Under the pieces are notes generated by a model. It was not told where the DNA came from and made no database searches. It worked only from the letters and a program-made list of their open reading frames with translations. A DNA stretch of 63,937 nucleotides, counting the filler, from Octopus bimaculoides (lineage: Eukaryota), in the NCBI RefSeq assembly GCF_001194135.2. It is 4 parts of 4 records of this genome, joined end to end, with 100 filler letters (N's around TTAATTAATTAA, not from the genome) between each part and the next. Parts side by side here need not be neighbours in the genome. Positions count along the whole stretch, not along the records: positions 27,108 to 45,793 come from NC_069001.1; positions 45,894 to 59,671 come from NC_068990.1; 2 more parts are not named here. One strand, 5' to 3'. Made by a program: the position numbers and the translations under genes. This document shows, one piece after another, positions 38,480 through 53,449 of this stretch. Numbering within the stretch: the stretch's first letter is position 1; each line of letters opens with the position of its first letter.

Positions 38480-38579
38480 NNNNNNNNNNNNNNNNNNNNN
38501 NNNNNNNNNNNNNNNNNNNNNNNNNNNNNNNNNNNNNNNNNNNNNNNNNNNNNNNNNNNNNNNNNNNNNNNNNNNNNNN

Positions 38580-38617
<38 letters not shown>

Positions 38618-38884
38618 TACCTCGTCTATATGTGTAACCATATTTACGCTTCGCATACTATGGTATTATATGGAATGATATATGCATGCACAAATGCATA
38701 AGTATGTATTCATATATTCACAGACACACATGAATACAGATGTATATACGCAAATGTAATTCTACGTATGCATATAATTATATCTACGAATATCAGTCCC
38801 AATGCGTGGCACTTCGGGCAAGCGCTTCTACTAAATCGTCGGGCCGACAAACGCCCTGTGAGTGGATTTGTGCAACTGAAACCC

Positions 38885-39260
38885 GAGTGTCTTTTGGGTG
38901 AGCTGAAAACAGTTTGGACACAAACTTGGCAGACACGCGTCTCATTATCTAATCTTCGTTGATAACGGACTGAACTTCACCGCAATTAAACTGCGCATCC
39001 TCCGATACCTCACGGATGGTGATTCGACGATATCTCCTCAGACCTGCACGCATATCTGCGCTGTTTCTCTCAGTACTGCTGGTTGCAGTTCTCCCGGAAC
39101 GTTCGTCAGTATCGACATTGGACCACTCCGAACCAATCGTTCACAAGTCTGTGGTTCATGCCCTCCTCTTCATACACATTCCGCAACTCTGCGTAGGTCT
39201 CTGGGCAGGTATTGCGATGACAACTTTCACTGTCGTAGTCAATACGATGATCGTACCCTA
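38885..39260 (-). mobile_element. mariner transposase N-terminal relic (HTH region)
   Basis: ETYAELRNVYEEEGMNHRLVNDWF..DERSGRTATS..RRITIREVSE..VQSVINED*IMRRVSAKFVSKL. Confidence 0.8.
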
Positions 39261-41775
39261 CACACCTTCCTTCCAGGTACTGCTGCCAGCTTCGTTACCA
39301 TGACAACAATCCGGATACTCATTTATTAGACCGCGTAAACATACACACACACATTTATATATATATACACACACAAATACGCACACACATATAAGCACAT
39401 AGATAGACAGATAGGTAGATAGAAAGATAGACAGACAGTCAGAGAGACAGAAAGACAGACAGATAGATAGATAGATAGATAGATGGATCTTGTATGTTTA
39501 TACATACATGCGTATGTTTGGTTTCGCGTAAACAGGTTCATTGTTTCGTGTGTAGCGCCCGTGGAACGTTCTCACGGCGTGTTGGTATATTTGAATATTT
39601 TGAGAACACGTAAAATAACTTCCATTGCAATAATAATAATTATGCATTGTCAAAGTAAGTTAGCAATGTTTTTGTTTTCCTTTAGACAACAGTTGACAGA
39701 TAATTCGCAGTCATTTTGCTTTCTTTAAGAATGGGTCGCTTTGTGATTCGTGGCCTGTTGTATCAAGTTGACATAGTTTCACAATCAGTACACTATAAAA
39801 TTGTTGTTGGTTCTAATTCATTGTTTATTTGTACATTTGCTCTGATCATAGTCCTTTTGTATCCATACGTGTTTCCATCATAACCATCTCGTAATTGTCC
39901 TCACATTCACATATCTTTGACTACGTTATCAAATATCCTCTTTTATTGTCTAATTTTATAACGATAGCATGAGAACGTATGATATGAGAAAAGTTTAGCT
40001 GTTAACCCTATCAGTTACAGAAACAAAATGTGTGTTTTGTCATTTTTTGCAAATGCAGTTGGTGATGATCTTTGGTATTATGGCATTACATCGAACTGGC
40101 AAAGATAGGGTGGGACGCAAGTAGCAGGAAACGAAAGTCTGTTTTCTCAGTTCAATGTTCGATATAATATAAATTCAAACATCTCTTTTCTATTTTCTAA
40201 CTATGGATTTCATTGTCAAATGGAAAACGCGACAGTTTAAAGACATGAAATATTTTGGCGAAAGCAAATAGTCATACACAATTATAAAAAATTCCTCGCA
40301 GAAATTTTCATATTTAAATGAAATGGTAAATTTTGTCAAGCTACTGTACTTCCGTTGACACTGCATGTTTTGTTCAATAGTCTTAGAAATAATGATATAG
40401 CATTTCTTTATGATGCGCATTTATCAATATCAAAGAGGACATAACAAACACTGAAGTCCTTCAGGTATTTTATATTGCAACAATAAATAATCCATGATAC
40501 GGTTTGTTATTGAGGTCATCCAAAAGGTACTTGGCATTATATTTCGTCCAATGATTTATGATATCCAAAAGCATATAAAGCAAACTCATAAATTCGATCT
40601 CAATAATCTTAATATCCTCTTACCCGCTTTTCCCCCTCAATATTGGCACATTGATTTCTCACTTATTTTCCTTCCACCTAAACAGCCCCTGTCACAAATC
40701 AGTAACAGTGCCCCGCAGAATTAATTTCCTTCTTTTTCTCATCGTTATTTAATGTTACCATTAATACCAAACTTAGGCTTGCTGATATTTCTGGCATTAT
40801 TATACAACTTCACAAATCGTAAATTTCAGAGTTGATATGAATGGGACGGTGCATAAAATGTTATTACATGTTGCATAAAAAATAGTATAAAAGTGTTTGA
40901 TTAGGTGTCTGAATAAAGCACTTTATTCTTCATTATCTTAGCCTATGCAAGTTTCGAGAATACACATTCGATGATGCGAGACGGTTATCTGTTAAAAACA
41001 AGATACATGTAACCCATCCTCTCCTTGCCATATACGTCGAGTCCTGAAAGCCATCACAATGACTGAAATGCAAGACGAGTACATTGGTTTGTGTCACACA
41101 CTGTTGATCAATATGCGATATAACCATACTGATTAAAAAACGAGGGCGTGTATCGATAAAGATAAATCGTTGTTTGTACCGTGTACAACGAGAGCTGAAA
41201 CTATTATTAGCACGTTTCTTCTTAGACGCGAAAAATACTGATTGCTGTAGTGATAGCAAAGGGCGAAAAACGTTTACTATTACGGTTCATTCAAAACACT
41301 TGGTTCATTAGCGCATTATTTTGGTGTCCTGTGTCTGATCTGTACTTCTGGTTGAGGAATTGTATGTTTTACAAATAACACACACAGAAATATATCTCTC
41401 CTATTTCTCTCTCTTACACATTGGTCAAATTTATTCCCCTCAACTTATAATATTTTTCGTGCATAAGTGAATAATTTTATAGACGTATTTACGTGCTAGT
41501 AGCAGCATTTCGGAATTTGCTTAAATCGTATGCATTTAAGGTTTAATTAAGCAGATATGTGATCGTAGATACAGAAAATTAGCATTTTGTACATAAAAGC
41601 GCTTCTTGTGTTCTTTCTTGTTAAGGCTATTGATAATCAACCAACTTACCAAAGAAGAATCTCCCCGAACTATCAAGTATAACTCCAAGTGTAAAACGCG
41701 AGCATGTACATTATTTATAACAACTAAATATCCATTAATTTGCGCAAAATAATATCAATATTAGTGTCCTGAATT

Positions 41776-41935
41776 AAGGCGGAGAAAAAGCGTAGCGGCA
41801 TTCAAATTATGCTGAAGTCGACTTTGCCTTTCATCCTTTCGGGGTCAATGAAATAAATACCAGTTGAGTGCTGGGGTTGCTTTAATCGACTTTCCCCCTT
41901 CCCCGAACTTGCTGGCCATGTACAAAATTGGAAAG
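41776..41935 (+). mobile_element. SINE family A, internally deleted
   Basis: GTCGACTTTGCCTTTCATCCTTTCGGGGTC..CCAGTTGAGTGCTGGGG. Confidence 0.8.
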
Positions 41936-44759
41936 CATTATTATTGTCCTGAATGATTCTAAAACATTGCATGTTCACTATTAGGTTGCATTTCTCCTTC
42001 AACCAGTTCTTCAAGTTTCGCCTTAAATCAATCATCAACACAAATAACATTAGAACGAATATCGGTAAACAACAATATACAACAGTAACAACTGTTCAGT
42101 ATGTCATCTTGGAATTTAGAAAGTCACTATTATGTTTCATTCACAGAAACAATAAGACACGTGACATAGCGAGATTATGTGAAAACCATTAATTCTCTGA
42201 ATTTGAAACCTCCCTGGGAATTCGTTTCAGTTTCATTTCTTTGGGATAAAAGTATATTTGCTTTACTCGCACGATAAAGCCATTCACATCCCTTTCATCT
42301 GAAGCTAGTGGCAAGAACTAACTTATAATAACAGCTGTTGTTCAAGTAAGATGAAAATATGTAAGAGCACTTTATTCGATAACGTGACCAATATTGTTTT
42401 ACCTCTTGGGAAAGTAACTTATGTTTTCCCATTATCTCTCGTAATAAATACCTGACGGCTCTGGTGAATTAAAGCCTATAATTATCCTCTGTGTGGATTG
42501 CTTAAAAGAACCTTCTTTTTAAAGTAAAAAAGAAATAATTATGAATACAGCGAGTTAGCAGAACATTTAAAAATTCGAATTAACTTACGACATTTTAATC
42601 TTTTATATCACCTACGATCAGGTTTCTGAAATTTATCAGGCAGCGATATTAGTTTTCACGACTTCTCATTTATGTAATCCATTCGATGATATTGAATCCA
42701 CCGAAACAAAATTTCAGCAGTGAAAAAATTGACTTGTACCTGAGTTGATAAACTTACGTTTATTATAATACATACTTTAGTGAGAATTGGATATCGAACA
42801 AGATATCGTTACTTCGAATTTTATGTAGAATATGTAATATGTTTTTAGGTATTTCGATTTCTTTCTGTATTTTCTTCTTTGTATCGGGCAATAAAGATTT
42901 CCTTTATCTCCAGGTATCCGCATGCTCATCGTTCGTTTGGATTAAACATGATTGTTTAGAATTATTTTATTTACCCCAGGTTATCTCACACAAATGCGTA
43001 ACATAAAATCACTATTCAGCATCGATTATACAAATTTGTTAAACCTCGTACAAATAACAGTGAGATATACTCCAAAGCACCCAAGAAAGAATAAAAACAG
43101 AAACATTGATATTGATAATATATAAAATATATTTGTGATAATTTTTCATTGATCTTTCGGAAGAACCCAGTGGCAAATGTGGTCATAAAAAAATGTTAGA
43201 TGTAATAAGTTTGAAAATATTACTCGTTTCTATTTAAGTAATGCAAGTACTTATACGAACACCATATCATGGTGAACTGGAAGTCGTTAAAATATCGACG
43301 TCACTGCTACTCGATAATTTTCCAAATCACTGCACTCTAATTTCAAATGTTACAAGGAAGTACAAATGTAATCCACGGGTATAATCTCACTGCTTAGCGT
43401 ATTGGAAAAAATTAGAGGATCAAACACACTGTAACTATTCTAAACAAAACTGACGGTATCAGCTTCATTCCAAGCCGTGGGGTCAGGTGTTCTGTACAGT
43501 GTCATGGAGGTTGCTTTCCAAAGTTGAAAACAATATCAAAAATAAATCCTGACTTATATAGTTTAAGATACGCAGAGGACGAAATACGTAATATTTTCGA
43601 TGTTCATTCCAGAGGATGTGTATTTACTGAGAGGAAGATGCACCATGATATTCAGTCGTCCTCCAACGAATATTGTTCTTTTCGTGTTTTATTTTATTCT
43701 TGAACTACATCTTGTAGTTTCTATAATATTTGCCTGTTGGGAGGACACTTAACTGAATACGTGATCAAGAGTGGAAAAAATAAGAAAAAAAATTCAAAAG
43801 CTGAAACTGATTTTCATGTGAGTCTAGGTTTCAGCACCACCACGGTAGCCTTGGCTCTATATCCTTTCGGGTTCGATTAAATAAGTACATCTTGAGCACT
43901 GGGGTCGATGTTATTGATTACCCCCACAGCAGACCATGTGCCTAGAGAAAAGAAAATGAATTTAGTAGATACCAATAATTATACTGATATTTGCGCTTAC
44001 GTCTTTCGTGAACATTATATTGTTATATACGTCTTTCTTGAACATTATAGTTTTATATGCGGTTATTATTTTCTAACTGTTACTATAAATTATTTAAGCA
44101 TGTATTATTAAAATTTTCTCCACGATTTTCCATGTCTAGTTGGATAGAATCTAACCAGTCACGTTTCAAAGTTATGGCATCTGCATCCTATATCTTGTTT
44201 TGGATCTTGCATTGTCTCTCTCGTATTACAAGGAATACGCATTTTGATTCAGTTTGTTTTCATAATTGTCTTGTAGTTAAATTATTTGTGGCTTAAAAGT
44301 CTTAAGCGACGCAGACTTCATGTCTGGAACAAATAGCATTTTATGCCCACTTAACATGAAATACTTTAACGTAACAATGAAATAACTGCAGAATAGAAGT
44401 TTCTCAATGACACTTTCTTATCTTCAGTTTAGTAGTTTTCGCTACACAATTCCACATAGTTTTTATTTAAAGTGCATTTAAATAATTCACCTTTCAGAAG
44501 TACTTCATTGATTTTAACGGAATGGAAGAAAATAACTCACAGCAATAAAGAATATTAAGTAACGTTTTTATATCTCTAATAACAAATCCGAACTCTGAAA
44601 TTTATAAGTTCGCTGTTGACACAAATACACTAGGGTATCAACATTTGAAATAAATAAAGATTCCTATGCCTGTGCCGAGGTTATAGTCCATCACCATTCT
44701 ATATCTTAAATTCATGGTTACATTCCCAGGTAACTGGTCTTTTGCATAGAGTGATATAC

Positions 44760-44970
44760 AAGGGCGAGCTGGCAGAATCGTTTGCGCGCTGGACGAAATG
44801 CTTAGCGGTATTTCACCCGTCGCTGCGTTATGAGTTCAAATTCCGCCGAGGTCGATTTTTGCCTTTCATCATTTCGGGGTTAATACATTAAGTACCTGTG
44901 AAATTCTGGGTTCGTTGTAATCGACTATCCCCTCCCCTAAAACTTCGTGTCTTGTGCCTCTAATACAGAG
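44760..44970 (+). mobile_element. SINE family A, full length
   Basis: GGCGAGCTGGCAGAATCG..GAGTTCAAATTCCGCCGAGGTCG. Confidence 0.9.
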
Positions 44971-45010
44971 GATTATACATTTGCACATTGACCTGATTAC
45001 TCACACGATA

Positions 45011-45044
<34 letters not shown>

Positions 45045-46669
45045 TCTGTCTTTCTTCCTGCCTGTATGTATGTTTGTGTGTGTATGTATATTTGCATGTA
45101 TATGTGTATAGATAGTAGATGGCGAGAGAGAGAGAAGGAGAGAGCGAGAGAGTTTTGTTAGTATGTAGGTAGGTAGATGCATATTCACATGCACACGGAC
45201 GTGCATACAATACCATATATGATGTGAGTAACGAATATAACATGATAAATTACTTCCAGTAACACGTTTCTAGACGGAAGTGGCTACTTCAAATCTAAAT
45301 GGAAAGCCATCACAGATATATTTTCTCTGAATTCCATTCGAAAAGGTTTTTCGCATGCATCCATGCTGATGTCAAACGTATTTGATTTTCAATTAATTTT
45401 CACTCTGTTTACAAGCTGAACTAAACAATATAAGATATGATTTTGAAACCAAAACAAAGATGGCTGCTAGCCACTGCTGGATTATATATTATCTACACAT
45501 ATTCATGAATAAGATATGAGTCTATAAAAGGAAACCGTTTAGAGTAGAACTGGAATTGTGGCTGATGCTGCATGTTGACCAGCTGAAACTGTATACGGTC
45601 CTTCGAAGACCAGAACAAGATTCTGAATAAATTCAGGACAGCGGCGTCGTTATTGTAACTCAAACAATACGTATATTCGTACATACATGCATTCATATAT
45701 ATATATATATATAGGAGACTGAAATCTATAATTTTTTTTTCCTTCTCCCTCTGTTTATTTTCTCTTATTCCTCTCTGTTGAAGACCGTAGGTTNNNNNNN
45801 NNNNNNNNNNNNNNNNNNNNNNNNNNNNNNNNNNNNNTTAATTAATTAANNNNNNNNNNNNNNNNNNNNNNNNNNNNNNNNNNNNNNNNNNNNATATATA
45901 TATATATATATATATATATATACTAATACACACATATACACGCACACATAAAGACAAACATATATATATGTATGTTTGTATATAGATATGAATACACACA
46001 CACACGTACACAGATATATCTTATATTGATTTGTTCTATTGGAAGGAATCTCTAAACGTCTTTCTTTACGTTCCATTATAAATCTTTCATTATTGACTAT
46101 TCAACCATTCATTAGCACAAGAATGTTTCCTTTAGCCATTGTCACTGTATAACCCCCTACTCATGACGAAACAAATGATATAGTTTTCAGATTTACAATT
46201 ATCTCCGAAGAGATATTTAGTTCTCCTTTTGTTTCTTGTCAGATGAACTCATACGAGGAATATAACTGCAGCAGCTTAATAACGCAATTACAAATAATAT
46301 TAATAATTGCAACTCTTATTTTTATAAAAAAAAACAAAAATTGTCATTACGATATAAAGAAGCAGGATCAATTATTTCGCACTAAAAAACGCAGAATATA
46401 GAGAAAGAAATATACTTTGCTTGCTTTGTTGTCGTGTTTCTTCTTACTGTTGTTGTTGTTCTTATTATCGTTGCTACTAACGTTATTAAGTTTAGGTTAG
46501 CTCGTGCAAAGTAATGACCTAGAGGAGTTTAACCTGTAGTCATAAGGTCGATACGTCTCCTGTGATTTCTACGACTCGTTTTCATTGGGGTTTTACCAAG
46601 TTATGCTTGCATAATGCTGACATAAGAAATTTTAGCTCTTATTTCTAGCAACCATTGATGTCGTGCAGG

Positions 46670-46915
46670 ATCTTTTATCGTTTTTTTTTATCATTTGGTT
46701 CAATCATTGGATAGCGATCACGCTGGGGCACCGCGTTGAAGAATTTTATTTGATTGAATCGTTCCCAGTGCTTATGATTTTTTAAATCTCGGTCCTTTTT
46801 CTGTCAACATCCTTTATCGAACCGCTATGTTATGGGGATGTAAACACACCAGCACCAGTTCACAAACAGTGATGATGTACAAAAGTAGATACAAAAACAC
46901 ACACACACACATACA
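46670..46915 (-). mobile_element. SINE family B 3' half
   Basis: GCTGGGGCACCGCGTTGAAG..GAACCGCT..GTAAACACACCAGCACC. Confidence 0.75.
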
Positions 46916-47039
46916 TTTGGTAACTTGACAGATGAAAGAAGGCCACGAATGACCTGTCCTTCTAATTGTTGTTTCTCTTGTCAGTCTTTCTATCGTCTAT
47001 CTGTCCGAATGTTTTATTGTCCTCTGTTGCTTTTCAGAT

Positions 47040-47045
47040 CCAGTT

Positions 47046-47082
<37 letters not shown>

Positions 47083-48053
47083 GTATGCATGCATGTATAC
47101 NNNNNNNNNNNNNNNNNNNNNNNNNNNNNNNNNNNNNNNNNNNNNNNNNNNNNNNNNNNNNNNNNNNNNNNNNNNNNNNNNNNNNNNNNNNNNNNNNNNN
47201 NNNNNNNNNNNNNNNNNNNNNNNNNNNNNNNNNNNNNNNNNNNNNNNNNNNNNNNNNNNNNNNNNNNNNNNNNNNNNNNNNNNNNNNNNNNNNNNNNNNN
47301 NNNNNNNNNNNNNNNNNNNNNNNNNNNNNNNNNNNNNNNNNNNNNNNNNNNNNNNNNNNNNNNNNNNNNNNNNNNNNNNNNNNNNNNNNNNNNNNNNNNN
47401 NNNNNNNNNNNNNNNNNNNNNNNNNNNNNNNNNNNNNNNNNNNNNNNNNNNNNNNNNNNNNNNNNNNNNNNNNNNNNNNNNNNNNNNNNNNNNNNNNNNN
47501 NNNNNNNNNNNNNNNNNNNNNNNNNNNNNNNNNNNNNNNNNNNNNNNNNNNNNNNNNNNNNNNNNNNNNNNNNNNNNNNNNNNNNNNNNNNNNNNNNNNN
47601 NNNNNNNNNNNNNNNNNNNNNNNNNNNNNNNNNNNNNNNNNNNNNNNNNNNNNNNNNNNNNNNNNNNNNNNNNNNNNNNNNNNNNNNNNNNNNNNNNNNN
47701 NNNNNNNNNNNNNNNNNNNNNNNNNNNNNNNNNNNNNNNNNNNNNNNNNNNNNNNNNNNNNNNNNNNNNNNNNNNNNNNNNNNNNNNNNNNNNNNNNNNN
47801 NNNNNNNNNNNNNNNNNNCCCCAAACTATGGTTCGCGTGCATGTGTATGTGAGAATACATCTGCATACATACATTTATACATATGTATACGGAGAATATC
47901 TGTCTTTCGTCCATAAACTATATCCATATGGTGAAATTCGAAGGAATTACTACTCAAAGGGAGAGAATCACATCGAAATTCAACTTCAATTATTTTGAGA
48001 AATCATTATCAGAGAGTGAAAAGAGCACGCGCGCCCACACGCACACACACACA

Positions 48054-48094
<41 letters not shown>

Positions 48095-48198
48095 GTATGC
48101 ATGCATGTATACGTTCATGCATATATGTCTGTATATATTTATGTATGTGTGTATGCATTTATGTCTGTATGTATGTAAGCATATAATATAACGATATC

Positions 48199-48231
<33 letters not shown>

Positions 48232-48429
48232 ATGTACGTATGTATGTATGTGTTTGTATGTATGTACTTAAGTATAAAAGAATTGGTTTTTGGATGATAA
48301 GATGTATATATAAATATATATATATGTGTATATACGAAATTACATAAGNNNNNNNNNNNNNNNNNNNNNNNNNNNNNNNNNNNNNNNNNNNNNNNNNNNN
48401 NNNNNNNNNNNNNNNNNNNNNNNNNNNNN

Positions 48430-48470
<41 letters not shown>

Positions 48471-48960
48471 TATGCATGAGTGTATGTATGCATGTGTGTG
48501 TATATGTGCATGTATATATGTGTGTGTGTGTATGTATGTATGTATGTATGTACGTATGGTATTGTACGTATGGTATTGTACGTATGTATCTCTTTACGTG
48601 CTTCTGTGAACACACTGCATTTCTCGCTCATTCGTCTCATTAATTTCTTTCATTCTCCGAGCTAATTAGTCAGGTATTTTCTATATTTTGTTCATATGTT
48701 TTTATTTTTGTTTTTTTTTTCTGTGTGTGTTTTCTGCTTTTATTTCCTCTCATAATGATCAGAATGCTAAATGTTACTCTTTATTAAGATTAATACAACA
48801 TCAAAACGAAAGTTATTCCCTCAAATGTCATTTTTAACAATGTTTTCTACTGAGAAAGGGATTCAATCTTTTTTCTTACTCATGTCACAAGCATAAACAT
48901 GCAAAGTCACATGCATGCGTCAGTGCATACGCTTGCACACGCATGCGCATGCATCCGCAT

Positions 48961-49018
<58 letters not shown>

Positions 49019-49041
49019 TGTGTTTGTGTGGGTGTGTATGT

Positions 49042-49082
<41 letters not shown>

Positions 49083-50160
49083 CAGATACATGAATATACA
49101 TATATATTATTTATGCTATAGTATAGCATATAACGTTTCAAGTTATATTATATATATGCAGGGAGAGAGAAAGACAAAGAAAGAAAGAAAGAAATAAAGA
49201 AAGAAAGACAGAAAGAAAGAAAGAAAGAAAGAAAGTGAGGAAGAATGACAGCGTATCCGAGGATGTAGATAAACTGATACATACCCACAAACATATAGAT
49301 GTATGCACCCATGTAAATATACGTATTGATGCACAATTAACACGCATAAAGTAACACACACATACATACACACGCTCACCCACATCCGCATGCAGTCCTA
49401 CACACGTATCTTCACACGACGGCAATGCAACGCGGAAACAGAAGAAAACAGCCATGTCGTTAAAGATATATGAGTTTATCATGGGTGCTGTAAATGTATG
49501 AAACCTTATTTATTTAAATACGTCGTCCTCGGTTCAATCGAGTTACGCAGCATCTTACGCCCTTGTCTCTTTGGTTTGTATGAGTGTATGTATGTATGTA
49601 TGTATGTATGTATGTATGTATGATGTATATATGTAAGTATGTATGCATGTATNNNNNNNNNNNNNNNNNNNNNNNNNNNNNNNNNNNNNNNNNNNNNNNN
49701 NNNNNNNNNNNNNNNNNNNNNNNNNNNNNNNNNNNNNNNNNNNNNNNNNNNNNNNNNNNNNNNNNNNNNNNNNNNNNNNNNNNNNNNNNNNNNNNNNNNN
49801 NNNNNNNNNNNNNNNNNNNNNNNNNNNNNNNNNNNNTATGTATGTATGTATGTATGTATGTATGTATGTATGATGTATATATGTAAGTATGTATGCATGT
49901 ATGAATGAATGAATGTATGTATGTATGTACGTACGTATGTATGTCATCATTCAATTTTATTTCAAGATTTGTTACCAATAGAGACAGAGCCGGTTTCTAA
50001 TCTAGTGTAATGACTCCTTCATTGGAATTTCAGCATCAATAACAGAGTATTTTTGTATGTATGTATGTATGTATGTATGTGTGTATTTATGTATGTATGT
50101 ATGTATGCATGCATGTATGAATGTATATATGCAGATTTGTATGTTTTGCTTTATGTATGT
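47040..50160. repeat. Dense (CA)n/(TA)n/(TATG)n/(GAAA)n microsatellite field with gaps; similar fields at 35640-36950, 52810-53080 and 57440-58100
   Basis: Directly visible; explains the HTHT, YIYI and CVCV ORFs. Confidence 0.95.
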
Positions 50161-50199
50161 ATTCTCATGCATACACTTGCATATCTAGACATACTCATA

Positions 50200-50537
50200 T
50201 ATATCTAAATGATAACCTTTTGGAAAGTTTTACAGATTTTTACAGTTCCAGTGACGGATTGGATCTGTAGTCTTCAAATTAGTTTTCCCCCTTCTAGTTT
50301 TGAGAAACCTAATTTCTCAAAATTGGTATTTAGGCAGTGTGTTACATATCCCAAGGGCCCCAATAATTACTGGTATAAACCTGAACTTGTAATCTTGATA
50401 GAGTAACTGCAGATTTCTCAGTAGTTCAGCATAAGTGTACTCTTTTTCACTGATCTTCAGCTTTATGCTAACATCCGCTGGGCAGCTGATTTCCACAACT
50501 GTACACAGTTTCTCTTCTCTATCCCAAATCATTATAT
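50200..50537 (-). mobile_element. RLE LINE endonuclease fragment, same family as 56533-57428
   Basis: IMIWDREEKLCTVVEISCPADVSIKLKISEKEYTYAELLRNLQLLYQDYKFRFIPVIIGALG. Confidence 0.85.
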
Positions 50538-50624
50538 TATGTATGTATGCATGAATGTATGTATGTATGTATATATGTATGCATGTAAGCATGTATGTAT
50601 GTACGTACGTATCTGTGAATCCTT

Positions 50625-50850
50625 TATCTTTTACCTTTTTACTTGCTTCAGTGATTTGACTGCGGCCATGCTGGGGCACCACCTTGAAAGTTTAGTCGAA
50701 AGGATCGACCTTAGTACTTAATTATTTTTTTTTTCTAATCCCGGTACTCACTCCACCGGACTCTTAAACGCGAACCGCTAGGTATCGGTGACGTAAATAC
50801 AACAGCACCGCTTGTCAAACTGTGGTGGTGATGGGACAAACACAGACACA
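50625..50850 (-). mobile_element. SINE family B 3' half
   Basis: TTTGACTGCGGCCATGCTGGGGCACCACC..GAACCGCTA..GTCAAAC. Confidence 0.8.
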
Positions 50851-50956
50851 AGGCCAACACGCATAGGTATACAACTGGAACCCACGTCGTCGCAACTGAT
50901 CTTAGCTTTTACCAATATTAGATTTGTCCGTGCGTGCGCATATATATGTATGTGAG

Positions 50957-50992
<36 letters not shown>

Positions 50993-52937
50993 NNNNNNNN
51001 NNNNNNNNNNNNNNGTATGTATGTATACATGTACTGCAAGTCCTCATATTCAATTTATATATAATCGTGATGTCAGTACATATACATATTCACAAACACT
51101 ACCGCAGATAGCTTTACATACGTATATAATCACTATATATATATATATATATACTCCTGCACACGGCTGTACATAAACGTGTCTATCCCCCACCACATGC
51201 GCGCGCGAGAACACACATAATTGTACACAGAAAATTGCAATTTGATACACATAGAGATATTCGTTAAACATATACTACTTTGTCATGGAACTTCTATTTA
51301 ATTCAGGACACTCCAATCCATTCAACTCACCCTACCAAAACATCCCTTTATTTCGCGACCAAATTTTCGTTTTGGTTTTCGTGAACGACATGATGTTTCA
51401 ATTTTGTTCTCTTGACTTGGGAATAAAGGAATGAAAGAATAACAAAATAATGGCATTGTTTGGGTGAGATTAGAAAGAGAGAAAAAAAATAATGGTGTAA
51501 AACAAAAATAACTTAACTAAAACAGATAACAAAAAAACAGCAAGCAAACGAAAACATATATACATACAAGGAGTAAAGTTTAATTGAGAATTGGATTAGA
51601 TATTCAAGACTAGATTAAGGAATGATTCTTTGGCCTTCCAGCAGAGTTAGTAACAACAGAATTAACTTTTTATGCAGAATAATGATAATCACCACTGAAG
51701 AAGAAAAAAACGGAAAAGGCGAGATCCCCAGCCCCCACCCACACGAGTTTTCTTTATCTCGTACCTTATTGTTTTTTCCCTCCTTTTCTCTTTTCTTTTC
51801 TTCGTGTGTGTGAGTGAATGGCATTAATGTGATGGTGGTTGATGGTGGATGTGTTAATGGTCGTGTGTATATTGGTGTTGATGTTGTTGTTGTTGTTGTT
51901 GTAGGTGTCGGTGAAGCTTATCTAAAGAATATCGGATAAAGGAAAAAAGAATTAAAAACATACAAACACAACGAAAAATCACCATTAGTTTTAACATCGC
52001 CTGCAAATGACAAGCCAGATTTGCTTGTCAATGCCCTCAAACCTATTTAGGGGCTTTCTTAATTGTTTATAAAGACCTTATATTTATTTTGCACTCCCTA
52101 TCTTCGGTTTTATTTTTTTTACTTTATATTTTTACTATTTCTTATTTTTCTTTCCCTAGCCCCACGCACCGACCATTCTCATCGCCGCTTTATAAAGACG
52201 TTTTATATCTATGTAACGGCTCAGCATCATAAGTGCATAGATACTTTTGTGCGTGCGCGTATGTAGGTGCTATGTGAAGTGTGCGCATATGTAATTGTTT
52301 GTTTGTGCGTATGAAGAACTTCAGCGCCCATCTGACATGTATCACCGGAAGCAATCTTCTTATATTTCAATCGCGGTTTTCCATTGAAATTTTCTCCCGC
52401 CTTCATAATACCCCGCCTTTTGTCCCTCAGTTTACTCCCAACAAACTATTCTTTGAAGCTGTCATTAGCAATGAAAGAACGAGACCAATTCTTAACAGAT
52501 CATAACAATAGAATGTTTATGTGGGTTATTCATCGTGGTTAATATTTTGAAAAAAAAAAATACACACACATACACACACAAAAAAGTAAATTAGATAATT
52601 AATCAAACAGCACAAGATGTGGAAAGCTGGTGAAAAAAAATTAAATGAATTTAAAGGCAAAAAAATAAACGATAGTAGATGGAAAATGTGTTTAAAGTCT
52701 ATCGTTGAAAACTTAGAGGCATATCTGAGAATGAAGTATTCAATTGGAGAGAATTAATAAGGAGGATGTTGGTACACCTCCATTCTCTTCAAAGAATAAG
52801 AATTACCTAATGTATATATGTGTGTATATGTGTATGTGTGTGTATGCGTGCGTGTGTGTGTGTATTTTAATGTATGTATCTATATATATGTGTGTGTGTA
52901 TACATACGTGTAAGCTTATATACATGCATATATATAT

Positions 52938-52985
<48 letters not shown>

Positions 52986-53361
52986 CTATATATAAATACA
53001 TTTCTATATGTATGTATCTATGTATATATATATTATACGTGTATATATGTGTGAATGTGTGTATGGATATTGTATATGTCCATGTATGGGTATGGCAACA
53101 AGCTTTACATGACTGTGCTCATGAGAGGATAAAATTTCTTAACCTGAATCGAAAGCTACTCAAGAGTCTAAGTATTTGGTAGAGATCGTTCAATGCAACC
53201 CTCAGTTGAAACTTGTATTTACGACGCTGACATATCGTCATCTTCACTTGAAACATAGACAGCATATAGGAAATATTTCTCACTTGTTGGTATGTCACAA
53301 GTGTTGCTACCGGGGTACTACGACCGTACGTTTGTGCACATAGCTATATTTTAAATAGATG

Positions 53362-53410
53362 GTACAAAGTGGTGCTGAAAAGTTCCTGGCTTTGGATAAA
53401 AAGAATATAC
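53362..53410 (+). mobile_element. Isolated mariner-type TIR fragment
   Basis: TACAAAGTGGTGCTGAAAAGTTCCTGGCTTTG resembles TACGAGGG..AAAAGT mariner termini; no partner TIR seen. Confidence 0.4.
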
Positions 53411-53449
53411 ATGAGTATCAGTTAATTAATTTGTTTTACTTTAACTTTT

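Noticed and set aside
40933-41259. 108-aa minus ORF in unique sequence
   Set aside because: No recognisable motif or splice support; length within chance.
47060-48111. Duplicated CACACTTGCGTATGCATGCATGTATAC on both sides of a gap; similar duplication at 49584-49900
   Set aside because: Most likely overlapping contig ends or a collapsed repeat; cannot be assessed without reads.
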